Assembly (NCBI GenBank): GCA_026416195.1
Contig: JAOAFQ010000015.1
Location: forward strand, 9,332-73,331
Length of the DNA stretch: 64,000 nucleotides
Source: Candidatus Aminicenantes bacterium
Lineage (GTDB): Bacteria; Acidobacteriota; Aminicenantia; Aminicenantales; CALLJL01
Direction: 5' to 3'
Shown piece after piece: positions 26,741 through 35,913 of this stretch. The notes beneath the pieces were generated by a model. It was not told the DNA's origin. It made no database searches and was given only the letters and a program-made list of their open reading frames with translations. Made by a program: the position numbers and the translations under genes. How positions within the stretch are numbered: the stretch's first letter is position 1; the number at the start of each line of letters is the position of its first letter.

Positions 26741-28390
26741 TTAACGGACACCTGGCTTAATTGAGACTTCTTCATAAGAAGAAATATAAAAAACCGGATT
26801 GGTCTGGGAAAACTCAGGTCGAAAGGCTGAACTACAAACTAGACCATCCATATCCCTAGCTACAGGCAAGCCTAAAAGATAAAGAAGGGTGGGGCCAATA
26901 TCAACTAATCTAACTTTTTCCAAAGATTGTCCCCTGATAACGTCTCGGCCATAAAAAAAGATAACCCCCTCAGGCGCAAACTCAAAATGACCCGAGACAA
27001 GAGGATTGCCTAAAGCCCACTCTACCAATCTTTTCCAAATAGGTAGAGGTTCCATCCCGTGAGTTGAAAAGATAATTAGGAGCTCATCTTCTCTTAAGTT
27101 GGCTAAATATTTGCCAATAAGCTGGTCGTAATAAATATAATATTTTTGAATAATTGGTCCGTACCGATTTATCTCGCTTTGGTCAATATTTCCGAAGAGG
27201 TGAGGAAAGCTATATTTATAAAAAAATGTCTTCACTTGATTGAGACCATCTAAGAATAAAGCAAAGACTTGGGGTGAAGATTGCCCCTTTTCTTGAAAAG
27301 CCTTTTCTTCAAGACTTATATCCTGCCCAAGCGCTTGCCTCGCTAGCTGTAAAAGACCATTATTAGCTGATGGGTCACCAAAAAAACTGGCCAAAATTTT
27401 TTCGGCCTTTGGGCTAAAAGAAATATCAGCTTGAGCCTTTTCTTCAGGCTCAAAAAGAGCAATTTTAAAATTCATTTCCGTTAATATTTGCCAGATATCT
27501 TTGCCAGGCTGGCAACTTACAGGTTGAGGGATTAATATTTTAAATCGGGTTAGCTGTTTAAAAAGCATAAATCGAGGTAAAGCTTCTAAAAAAGGTTTTT
27601 TCCCCCAAAAACTAAAGCTTTGAGAAGTCAGACAACGGTGACCATAAGGATTTTTGCCGGTTAAAAGTGATTTTTTGAGGACGAAGGGGTCGGTGGGAGA
27701 CAGGGTCTGAAGTCTGGCCCAACTCCCATTTTCCATGAGCCAGGAAAAGTTAGGTAGCTTTCCTTCATGGATTAAAGGAATTAGGAAATTGAAGGAGAGG
27801 CCTTCAAGATTAAGTAAGGTGGCTCTTCTTGGGCTTGGAAAGCTAATCAAGATTGTCTTAGGTCGAACGTACTTTGGCTGTGGAAAGGCTGAACGACTCC
27901 AGAACATTAACCCCAGCCCGATAAAGAAAAAGATGAAAGCTAAAATAAAATAAATAGATAAAGGCCGATGACGATGATAACGCCAGAAGAAAACCAGGCC
28001 ATTTAAAATTAAAACTAAGCTGATGATCCCCTGAAGTTTAAGGGAAGAAAGCATGGTTGGGGAGAAAAAGGACCGATAAAAACTTTGGTTCAAGCGGAGT
28101 AAAATGAAGAAGAATAAAAAACAAGTCGAGAAGCTCAAAGAAAGAAAGGAAGGCGAAATTAATTTGATTTTAAAGGCTCGGCCAAAAAGAAATTCAATCA
28201 AAAAACTTGACGCTAAAAAAAATAGAGCTGAGGCCAGGCCGTAAATAGAACTGATAAAAAGGGTGAGTCGAAGATAAAATTGCCAGTTGGGTAAAATATT
28301 AATATTAAGGTTAGCCACCAAGAGGGCAATAAGCAAAGAAAAGAAGATTCCACTGATCAATGAATTAGTTAGATTACGAAAAATTCTCAT
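26741..28390 (-). CDS. polytopic membrane protein with C-terminal alkaline-phosphatase-superfamily domain (LtaS/EptA- or phosphodiesterase/NPP-like)
   Basis: About 5 N-terminal TM helices, then a soluble domain ending ...LIIFSTHGMEP (SDHG-like metal/His motif). Confidence 0.45.
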   Translation of the reverse strand: MRIFRNLTNSLISGIFFSLLIALLVANLNINILPNWQFYLRLTLFISSIYGLASALFFLASSFLIEFLFGRAFKIKLISPSFLSLSFSTCFLFFFILLRLNQSFYRSFFSPTMLSSLKLQGIISLVLILNGLVFFWRYHRHRPLSIYFILAFIFFFIGLGLMFWSRSAFPQPKYVRPKTILISFPSPRRATLLNLEGLSFNFLIPLIHEGKLPNFSWLMENGSWARLQTLSPTDPFVLKKSLLTGKNPYGHRCLTSQSFSFWGKKPFLEALPRFMLFKQLTRFKILIPQPVSCQPGKDIWQILTEMNFKIALFEPEEKAQADISFSPKAEKILASFFGDPSANNGLLQLARQALGQDISLEEKAFQEKGQSSPQVFALFLDGLNQVKTFFYKYSFPHLFGNIDQSEINRYGPIIQKYYIYYDQLIGKYLANLREDELLIIFSTHGMEPLPIWKRLVEWALGNPLVSGHFEFAPEGVIFFYGRDVIRGQSLEKVRLVDIGPTLLYLLGLPVARDMDGLVCSSAFRPEFSQTNPVFYISSYEEVSIKPGVR

Positions 28391-28577
28391 CTGATTTGAC
28401 TCAGCTTCTTATTTTAAGCCAATTGCTCTTGAAAAGTAAGAAATTTCTTGAGACGAAATTTGGATGATTTTCTTTGGTAATTTAAGAAAACTTAGAAAAG
28501 GAGTTTTTTCGGTTTAAGGAACTTCAGGTATAAGAAACATTGACCAGTAGGGGCCGTTCAAAGTATGATTGAGGCAA

Positions 28578-29402
28578 ATGAAGGGAACGTTAATTGCTTT
28601 GCTTACAGATTTTGGGTTGAAAGATTATTTTGTAGCCGCCCTGAAGGCAGTTATTTTAACCATTAATCCAAAAGCTCAGATAGTAGATATTAGTCATGAA
28701 GTAGAATCTTTTAATCGAGTCGAAGCTGCTTATCTTCTAAAAAGCGTTGCTCCCTATTTTCCAAAGGGAACAATTTTTATAACAATCGTCGATCCTGGCG
28801 TTGGTTCTTCTCGGAAAATCCTTTTAATTAAAGGTAAAAAACATTTTTTTATTGGACCTGATAACGGGGTTTTAATTCCAGCGGCCGAAGAAGAAGGGAT
28901 AATCGAAATCCGCCAGCTTGAGGCTAAAGAGTATTTTCTTCCTTCTTCGAGTCGAACATTTGAGGGACGGGATAAAATGGCTCCTGTGGCTGGCTGGCTT
29001 TCTCGAGGACTTCAGCCTGAAAATTTTGGGCCAGTGGCTTCTACTTGGGAAAAATTTTCTTTGCCCCAACCCTTGTACTTAGCCCATGAGATCAGAGCTG
29101 AAGCGCTCCATCTTGATAAATTCGGGAATATAATTACTAATATCCCTTATAAAAATTTTTTAGAGTGGTTAAAAAGTCAAAAGGCAGAGGAGATATTTTT
29201 AGTTACCCGCAAAAAACAAAGACGACTTGAATTTACTTCGACCTTTGCAAGTGGCTCAGCCAAATTACCCCTACTTATAGCTGGAAGCAGTAATTATATG
29301 GAGATTGCCTGGAAGGAAGATTCAGCTGCCCATCGACTTGAAATAAAACCAGGCGATAAAATAAGGATAAAAATCGTAAAAGCAAGAAGAAACAAAAGGT
29401 AA
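28578..29402 (+). CDS. SAM hydroxide adenosyltransferase (DUF62; fluorinase/chlorinase-like SAM hydrolase family)
   Basis: N-terminal IALLTDFGLKDYFVAALKAV is the DUF62 hallmark. The ATG at 28578 is preferred over the TTG at 28569. Confidence 0.7.
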   Translation: MKGTLIALLTDFGLKDYFVAALKAVILTINPKAQIVDISHEVESFNRVEAAYLLKSVAPYFPKGTIFITIVDPGVGSSRKILLIKGKKHFFIGPDNGVLIPAAEEEGIIEIRQLEAKEYFLPSSSRTFEGRDKMAPVAGWLSRGLQPENFGPVASTWEKFSLPQPLYLAHEIRAEALHLDKFGNIITNIPYKNFLEWLKSQKAEEIFLVTRKKQRRLEFTSTFASGSAKLPLLIAGSSNYMEIAWKEDSAAHRLEIKPGDKIRIKIVKARRNKR

Positions 29403-29408
29403 AAGGAA

Positions 29409-31583
29409 GTGGAAGAACTCGAAGGAACGGTTGATCAAGTAGTCTATTACAATCCCGAAAATGGTTATTGCGTCTGTCGCTTTCTTCTTGAAGATGAAGA
29501 AGTAATTACAATCGTCGGTTATTTTCCACCGCTTTCAGCCGGTGAAGTTTTGCGGATTAATGGTACTTGGGAATTAAATTCTAAATATGGGCGTCAGTTT
29601 CGAGTAAACTCTTTTGTTCCGGTGCTTCCTTCTTCAGTTCGAGGAATACAAAGATTCCTTTCGTCAGGATTAGTAAAGGGTATCGGCCCTGTTCTGGCCA
29701 AGAGAATAGTTGATCATTTTGGCTCGCAAACAATGCAAGTTCTTACTACCTGCCCAGAGAAATTATTAGCTGTGGAAGGCATTGGGCCAAATAAGTTGCA
29801 AGAAATAATCCGTTCTTGGGAAGAAAATAAAAGAATTAGAGATTTAATTATTTTCCTCCAAGAATATGGAATTTCTACCTCTCTAGCTACCAAGATTTAT
29901 CGCCATTACGGGGATCAAACTTTTAAGGTCCTGCGAACAAATCCTTATCAGCTCTGCCTTGATGTTTGGGGGATAGGTTTTCGAACAGCAGATCAAATGG
30001 CTTTAAGATTAGGTTGTGATCCGTCTTCCCTCGAAAGAATTGCCGCCTTTATTCATTATTATCTTGAAAGGGAAAGCGAACAGGGTCATCTTTTTAGTTA
30101 TCGGCCTGAGGTGGTCGAAGCTGCCTCTAAAGAATTGGCTGTGTCTGCGGAAGGCGTAGAAGAGGCTCTTGAGCAGTTAATTAGCCAAAGGAGAGTTTTG
30201 ATTGAAGTAACTTCTTCTGGACAGGCAATTTATCTTCCTTATCTTTATCGGGCTGAAGAAACAGTAGCTAGAGGCATTATTCAGTTAGCTTCGACGCCCC
30301 TCTTAGTTCCAGGCCTTAATCTCGACGAAACTATAAAGAAGGTCGAAAGTCAGCTTGGGGTAAGTTTTTCCCACGAGCAGAGAAAAGCTATTGAGGAAAG
30401 CTGGCGTCAAAAAATTTTGATCATCACTGGTGGCCCGGGAACTGGGAAAACCACTTTAATTCGAGCTATTGTTGAAATTTATGAGCAGTGGGGAAAGAGG
30501 GTGCTTTTGGCTGCTCCGACTGGCCGAGCCGCCAAACGATTGGCCGAAGCGACAGGTAGAGAAGCTAAGACCATCCATCGGTTACTTGAATATAATCCCA
30601 AGGAGGAGGGCTTTCGACGAAATGAGAAGTATCCGCTCGCTGGTGAGGTTCTGATCATTGATGAGTTTTCTATGGTGGATATTTTATTGATGGAAGCGTT
30701 GATAAAAGCTATTCCTTTGGGCATGCGCCTTATTTTGGTTGGTGATAGCGACCAATTACCTTCGGTTGGGCCTGGAAATTTACTGAGAGATTTAATTGAA
30801 AGCCAACGAATTAAAGTGGTTCGGCTGACTGAGATTTTTCGTCAAGTTCGGGGAAGTCTTATTGTTCTCAATGCCCATCGAGTCCAGCAAGGTCTTGGAC
30901 TGATTTATTCCAGGAGCAGTGAGGCTGATTTTCTCTTTATTGCCCAGGAAGAAGAAGAAAAGGCTTTCGAGTTAGTCATGGACATGGCCTGTGACAAGGT
31001 ACCAAGTAAGCTCAGGTTGCCGCCGTTAAATTCCCAGATTCAAGTAATTACTCCTATGTATCGAGGCTTGTGTGGGGTGGAGAATCTTAACCGACAGTTA
31101 CAGGCCCGCTTAAATCCCCAAAATAAGGGAATCAAATTAGGTCAAAATGAACTTCGGGTCGGGGATAAGGTCATGCAGATCAGAAATAATTACGATAAAG
31201 AAGTATTCAATGGTGATTTAGGTACCATCGTTTCAATTGATCCGGAAAAATGGCAGATCATCGTGGATTATGATGGCCGCTCTGTTCTCTATGAAAGAGA
31301 TGAACTTGGAGAAATCACCTTAGCTTACGCTATCTCAGTCCATAAATCCCAAGGAAATGAATATCAAGGAGTTATTATGCCCCTTCTTATCCAACATTAC
31401 ATTATGTTACAGAGAAATCTTTTTTATACAGCGTTAACCAGAGCCAAAAAGTTTTGTGTCATTATCGGTTCTTTTCGAGCTCTCCACATTGCTATAAAAA
31501 ACGATAGTCCAATTAGAAGGAATGGTTTGCTTAAGGATAAACTTCAAGCTAGATTAGCCAGTCCTATCCAGGAGGGAATATGA
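29409..31583 (+). CDS. recD2: ATP-dependent RecD-like DNA helicase (RecD2, SF1B)
   Basis: Walker A GGPGTGKTT and Walker B LIIDEFSMV. N-terminal HhH region and C-terminal SH3-like region, 724 aa. GTG start. Confidence 0.8.
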   Translation: MEELEGTVDQVVYYNPENGYCVCRFLLEDEEVITIVGYFPPLSAGEVLRINGTWELNSKYGRQFRVNSFVPVLPSSVRGIQRFLSSGLVKGIGPVLAKRIVDHFGSQTMQVLTTCPEKLLAVEGIGPNKLQEIIRSWEENKRIRDLIIFLQEYGISTSLATKIYRHYGDQTFKVLRTNPYQLCLDVWGIGFRTADQMALRLGCDPSSLERIAAFIHYYLERESEQGHLFSYRPEVVEAASKELAVSAEGVEEALEQLISQRRVLIEVTSSGQAIYLPYLYRAEETVARGIIQLASTPLLVPGLNLDETIKKVESQLGVSFSHEQRKAIEESWRQKILIITGGPGTGKTTLIRAIVEIYEQWGKRVLLAAPTGRAAKRLAEATGREAKTIHRLLEYNPKEEGFRRNEKYPLAGEVLIIDEFSMVDILLMEALIKAIPLGMRLILVGDSDQLPSVGPGNLLRDLIESQRIKVVRLTEIFRQVRGSLIVLNAHRVQQGLGLIYSRSSEADFLFIAQEEEEKAFELVMDMACDKVPSKLRLPPLNSQIQVITPMYRGLCGVENLNRQLQARLNPQNKGIKLGQNELRVGDKVMQIRNNYDKEVFNGDLGTIVSIDPEKWQIIVDYDGRSVLYERDELGEITLAYAISVHKSQGNEYQGVIMPLLIQHYIMLQRNLFYTALTRAKKFCVIIGSFRALHIAIKNDSPIRRNGLLKDKLQARLASPIQEGI

Positions 31584-32059
31584 AGAAAGTTTTCTTAGGG
31601 ATAACTTTATTAATTGTTTTTATCTTAGGATTTTCTGCTTCTGAGATTTTGGTCATAAAGGTGCAAACGACAGCCTTGCGAACAGAACCCAGGTTTTTTG
31701 CTTCAGTTAAGAGCCTATTAACCTTTGGTGATCAGATGGAAAAAGTGGGTTTTCAGGAAGGATGGTATCAGGTTAAAACTCTAAGAGGGGTTTCCGGATG
31801 GGTTCATAGTAGTGCTGTTCAACCTCGGCCATCGAAATTGGCCGCGTTGACTCAAGGACCAAGAGCTCAGCCTACAGCCAGTGAAGTAGCTTTAGCTAGC
31901 AAAGGCTTTAATCGCCAGGTCGAATCAGCTTACCGCAAAAGGCATCCTGAAATAGATTATTCTTGGGTCGATCGGATGCTTAGCTTTAAGGCCGATCAAG
32001 CTGCCATTGAAAAATTTCTTCGAGAGGGTCGACTCGGAGAGTGGAAGGAGGTCAAGTGA
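31580..32059 (+). CDS. secreted SH3b-domain protein
   Basis: Signal peptide plus SH3_3-like LRTEPRFFASVKSLLTFGDQMEKVGFQEGWYQVKTLRGVSGWV. Confidence 0.45.
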   Translation: MKKVFLGITLLIVFILGFSASEILVIKVQTTALRTEPRFFASVKSLLTFGDQMEKVGFQEGWYQVKTLRGVSGWVHSSAVQPRPSKLAALTQGPRAQPTASEVALASKGFNRQVESAYRKRHPEIDYSWVDRMLSFKADQAAIEKFLREGRLGEWKEVK

Positions 32060-32973
32060 CTAATCAAAGAAAAATAGCTGTTATCTTTTTCTTGTCTTGC
32101 CTTTTGATGGCTAGGTGTGCCAGTCTGAAAGAGGAAGGTCAGGTTATCCTTTCCCAAGTTGATCAAATCTCCGAAAAAGACAAAAAGTTGATTACTATGA
32201 CAGGTGAAACCCTGCGAACTTCCTTCCAAGATCTAACCGACGAAGAGGAATATTATCTTGGCCGCTCGGTTTCGGCCTTAATATTGTCTCGTTATAAAGT
32301 CTGGGATAATCAAAATGTCACCAATTATCTTAACCTTCTTACTCAAGCTCTTTGCCTTTACTCTGAGCGGCCTGAAATCTTTGCTGGCTACCATGTTCTT
32401 CCTCTTGATTCAGAAGAAATCAATGCTTTGGCTGCACCGGGTGGATTTATTTTTGTTACCCGGGGGTTACTTCGCCTTTGCCTCAATGAAGATACTCTAG
32501 CCGGAATAATTGCTCATGAAATAGGCCACATCAGTGCTCGCCATGGTCTGCAAGCTATTAAGAAATCGAGGCTATTGGAGGCTTTTAAGCTATTAGCCAC
32601 GGAAACAGCTGAACGTTTAGCTCCTGATAAAATGGCTCAATTAACTAACCTTTTTGAAGGAGCTCTAGATGATATTCTTATTCAACTAGTAGAAAGGGGT
32701 TATGATCGGCGAGCTGAAGATGAAGCTGATGAGTTGGCCTTAAAAACTTTGAAAAAAGCAGGTTATTCTCCCCTTGGCTTTGTGGCTTTTATCGAAGAAT
32801 TGGCCCGACAAAAAACCAAAACCAGCGGTCTTAAAGGTTGGTTCAGCACCCATCCCGATCCCCAAGAAAGACTAAAAAAAATTAAAAAGGAGATTTCAAC
32901 CTGGGGAAAGGAGATAAAAATTTCTCCAAACCGCTTGGTTCGGTTTCAGAAAATAACTTCGACTTGGAAATAG
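32041..32973 (+). CDS. M48-family zinc metalloprotease (BepA/YcaL-like)
   Basis: IAHEIGHISARHG HExxH motif, N-terminal lipoprotein-like signal (LSCLLMARCAS), 310 aa. Confidence 0.75.
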   Translation: MEGGQVTNQRKIAVIFFLSCLLMARCASLKEEGQVILSQVDQISEKDKKLITMTGETLRTSFQDLTDEEEYYLGRSVSALILSRYKVWDNQNVTNYLNLLTQALCLYSERPEIFAGYHVLPLDSEEINALAAPGGFIFVTRGLLRLCLNEDTLAGIIAHEIGHISARHGLQAIKKSRLLEAFKLLATETAERLAPDKMAQLTNLFEGALDDILIQLVERGYDRRAEDEADELALKTLKKAGYSPLGFVAFIEELARQKTKTSGLKGWFSTHPDPQERLKKIKKEISTWGKEIKISPNRLVRFQKITSTWK

Positions 32974-32988
32974 ATTGATGGGCTAAAA

Positions 32989-35070
32989 GTGTTGAGGAAA
33001 AAATGGATAAGGGGTTTGGTTTGCGGCGGAGGGGCCTTTCTGCTCGCCTTTTTCTCTTCCCTATTATCTTTTTTTCAGATTCTTGAATGGAAAAGCTGGG
33101 ATTTAAGAACTAAATATCTCTGTCGTCGAGAGGAAGCTTCATCTCAAATTGTTCTTATTTTGATTGATCAACCCAGTCTTGATTTTTATGCTAGTCAGGG
33201 AGTTTCATGGCCTTGGCCGCGACAGATGTATGCGGCAGTCTTAGATTTTCTTCGAATAAGCCAAGCCAAAGCCGTTATCTTGGATCTTATCTTTAGTGAG
33301 CCTTCTGTTTATGGGGTTGAAGATGATTTTCTCCTTGCTGAAGCTATGCGAAGAAATGGTAAAACTTTTTTGGCCGCGGCTTTCTCAAGGAATCCTCCAG
33401 TCATAGAAAAAGCGGATTGGTCCGAGCTTATGAAATTTTCCCTCAAAGAAATCAATGATAAAAAGGCGGCTATTATTGAAGCCAATTCGGTTGTTCTCCC
33501 AATACCTAAGCTTCTTGAAGCTGCCTGTGGTTTAGGCAATGTCCTCTTTCCACCCGATGATGACGCTATTTTCCGGCGATTACCCCTTTATTGTCGCTTT
33601 CAAGGAAAGTTATTCCCATCTCTTCCTTTATCCGTATCTCTTTATCTTCAGAGTGAGAATTATCATTCGCCTCGCCTCGATGACCAGGGTCGAATGGTTC
33701 TTTACTTTTTTGGACCTTCAGGCACATATAAAATTTATTCCATTGCCAGGGTTATTAATTCTTGGCTTCAGATAGAAAATAAGGAAATTCCCCAAATTCA
33801 ACCTAGTGAATTTTTTGATAAGATTGTTTTTATTGCTTCGAATGCTCCTGGTTTGCTTGATTTAAGACCAAGCCCAGTAAGTGCAGTTACTCCTGGAGTT
33901 GAGATTCAGGCCACGGCTTTAGATAATCTTCTTCAAAGAAAAAGTGTGGGCTTCTTGCCCCGCTTTGTTTCCATAGTTTTAATTTTATTTTTTGGTCTAA
34001 GTGTAGGTGTAGCTGTCTCCTATTCAACCAAAATAGGAATGACTCTTTTGTTTCTTCTTTTAGGACTTTCTGGTCCATGGCTTGCGGCGGCAGTAGCTTT
34101 TAAGCAAAGTTTTTGGCTGGAAATAATCCCCTCAGAAGTGGCTGTCATTACCGCCTTTAGTTTGGCCGCGCTTTTTAACTATAGTTTTGAAGGCCGAGAG
34201 AGAAGATTTATTAAAAATGTCTTTCGCCATTACCTCAGTCCTGAAATAATAGAAAAAATCTTAGCTAATCCTTCTCTTTTAAGGCTTGGAGGAGAAGAAC
34301 GGGAAATAACTTCTTTTTTTTCTGATGTGGCTGGTTTTTCTTCGATTGCCGAGAAGCTAACTCCCCAGAAGCTTGTGACTTGGCTCAATGAGTATCTGTC
34401 GGCGATGACAGAAATTATTTTAGAAGAAGGTGGGACCTTGGATAAATATGAGGGGGATGCCATCATTGCCTTTTGGAATGCTCCCCTTGACCAACCTGAT
34501 CATGCCTTAAAGGCCTGTCGGGCTGCCTGGCGTTGCCAGCAAGAACTTACCCGCCTTAATTCAGAATTAGAAAAAATCGGTGGCCGACCGGTCAGGATGC
34601 GCATAGGACTTAACTCCGGGTTGGCCGTGGTCGGCAATATGGGCTCAAGGAGACGCTTCGATTACACAGCCATGGGTGACACAGTTAATCTTGCTTCAAG
34701 GCTTGAGGGAGCGGCCAAATTTTATGGAGTTTCCATTCTGCTGAGTGAGAATACGCTGCGACAAGCCCAAGGACATCTCATTGTTAGACCAGTGGACATC
34801 GTTCAAGTCGTAGGTAAAAGTCAGCCAGTCACCATTTATGAATTACTTGGTTTCCAAGAAGATTTTCCGCCAGAAAAATTACTTGAACTCCAAATTTTTA
34901 TCCAGGCATGGCAAGCCTATTCAAACCGCAATTTTAAAGAAGCGCATCGCCTTTTTTCTTCTCTCCCTGAAGACAATTTGATCCGGCTTTATCTTAAAAG
35001 ATGTCAAGAATTCATTAATTCGCCGCCTCCGGCTAACTGGGATGGAGTTTTTATCTTAAAAGAAAAATAA
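32989..35070 (+). CDS. adenylate/guanylate cyclase with N-terminal CHASE2 sensor domain
   Basis: Periplasmic CHASE2-like region bounded by TM segments, then a class III cyclase domain with FFSDVAGFSS and downstream metal- and substrate-binding segments. 693 aa. Confidence 0.8.
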   Translation: MLRKKWIRGLVCGGGAFLLAFFSSLLSFFQILEWKSWDLRTKYLCRREEASSQIVLILIDQPSLDFYASQGVSWPWPRQMYAAVLDFLRISQAKAVILDLIFSEPSVYGVEDDFLLAEAMRRNGKTFLAAAFSRNPPVIEKADWSELMKFSLKEINDKKAAIIEANSVVLPIPKLLEAACGLGNVLFPPDDDAIFRRLPLYCRFQGKLFPSLPLSVSLYLQSENYHSPRLDDQGRMVLYFFGPSGTYKIYSIARVINSWLQIENKEIPQIQPSEFFDKIVFIASNAPGLLDLRPSPVSAVTPGVEIQATALDNLLQRKSVGFLPRFVSIVLILFFGLSVGVAVSYSTKIGMTLLFLLLGLSGPWLAAAVAFKQSFWLEIIPSEVAVITAFSLAALFNYSFEGRERRFIKNVFRHYLSPEIIEKILANPSLLRLGGEEREITSFFSDVAGFSSIAEKLTPQKLVTWLNEYLSAMTEIILEEGGTLDKYEGDAIIAFWNAPLDQPDHALKACRAAWRCQQELTRLNSELEKIGGRPVRMRIGLNSGLAVVGNMGSRRRFDYTAMGDTVNLASRLEGAAKFYGVSILLSENTLRQAQGHLIVRPVDIVQVVGKSQPVTIYELLGFQEDFPPEKLLELQIFIQAWQAYSNRNFKEAHRLFSSLPEDNLIRLYLKRCQEFINSPPPANWDGVFILKEK

Positions 35071-35081
35071 AAGGAAGAAAG

Positions 35082-35891
35082 ATGAAAGTTACTTTTTGGG
35101 GCGTTAGAGGCTCCTTTGCTGTTCACGGAAGGCCATACCTCCAGTTTGGCGGATCAACCAGTTGCGCTTCTCTTGAGATTAATCAGAATCATTTGATCAT
35201 TATTGATGCTGGAACTGGCCTAAGAGATTTAGGCCGTTTTTTACTTTCCCAAAAGATTCGACCAAAAATAAGCCTATTTATTACCCATTTTCACCTTGAT
35301 CATATTATAGGTTTGCCCTCTTTTCAGGCTCTTTACGATCCGGAAATAATTCTTCATCTTTATTCGCCTTTAAAAAGCCACGAAACGTTGAGGCTTTTTG
35401 ATAGCCTAATGGGGGGACGTTTTTTTCCGGTTATTTTTTCCAAAACCCCATGCCGGAAAGAAATTCATTCCATCGAGGAAAGAATGGAAATTGAGGGAAT
35501 TGTGATTAAGGCTCACCACTTGCCTCATCCCGGAGGCAACTTAGCTTTGCGCTTTGAAAAAGATGGAAAAAGCCTTATTTTTGCGACCGATGTTGAACCT
35601 CTTAATGAAAAATGGGATGAAAAGATGGTAGCTTATGCGTGGAAGGCCAATTATCTTATCGGAGAGGCTATGTTTACTCCCGAAGAATACACCCAAGAAA
35701 AAAAAGGCTGGGGCCATTCAAGCTGGCGAGTTACGCTTCAATTAGCCCAAGCCGCCAGTTGCGAAAATTTAATTTTTTCCCATTGGAATCCTGATTATGA
35801 TGATCGAAAAATTAAGGCTATTATCGCCATGGCCAAGAAGGAATTTCCCAGGGTATTTGGAGCTAGGCCAGGTTGGAAAATAGAGTTATAA
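35082..35891 (+). CDS. MBL-fold metallo-hydrolase (possible cyclic-nucleotide phosphodiesterase)
   Basis: THFHLDHIIGLPSF matches the HxHLDH core of the class-II cAMP phosphodiesterase signature. 269 aa, 11 nt after the cyclase gene. Confidence 0.65.
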   Translation: MKVTFWGVRGSFAVHGRPYLQFGGSTSCASLEINQNHLIIIDAGTGLRDLGRFLLSQKIRPKISLFITHFHLDHIIGLPSFQALYDPEIILHLYSPLKSHETLRLFDSLMGGRFFPVIFSKTPCRKEIHSIEERMEIEGIVIKAHHLPHPGGNLALRFEKDGKSLIFATDVEPLNEKWDEKMVAYAWKANYLIGEAMFTPEEYTQEKKGWGHSSWRVTLQLAQAASCENLIFSHWNPDYDDRKIKAIIAMAKKEFPRVFGARPGWKIEL

Positions 35892-35913
35892 AAAATTAAT
35901 TAGAGGTTTAACG

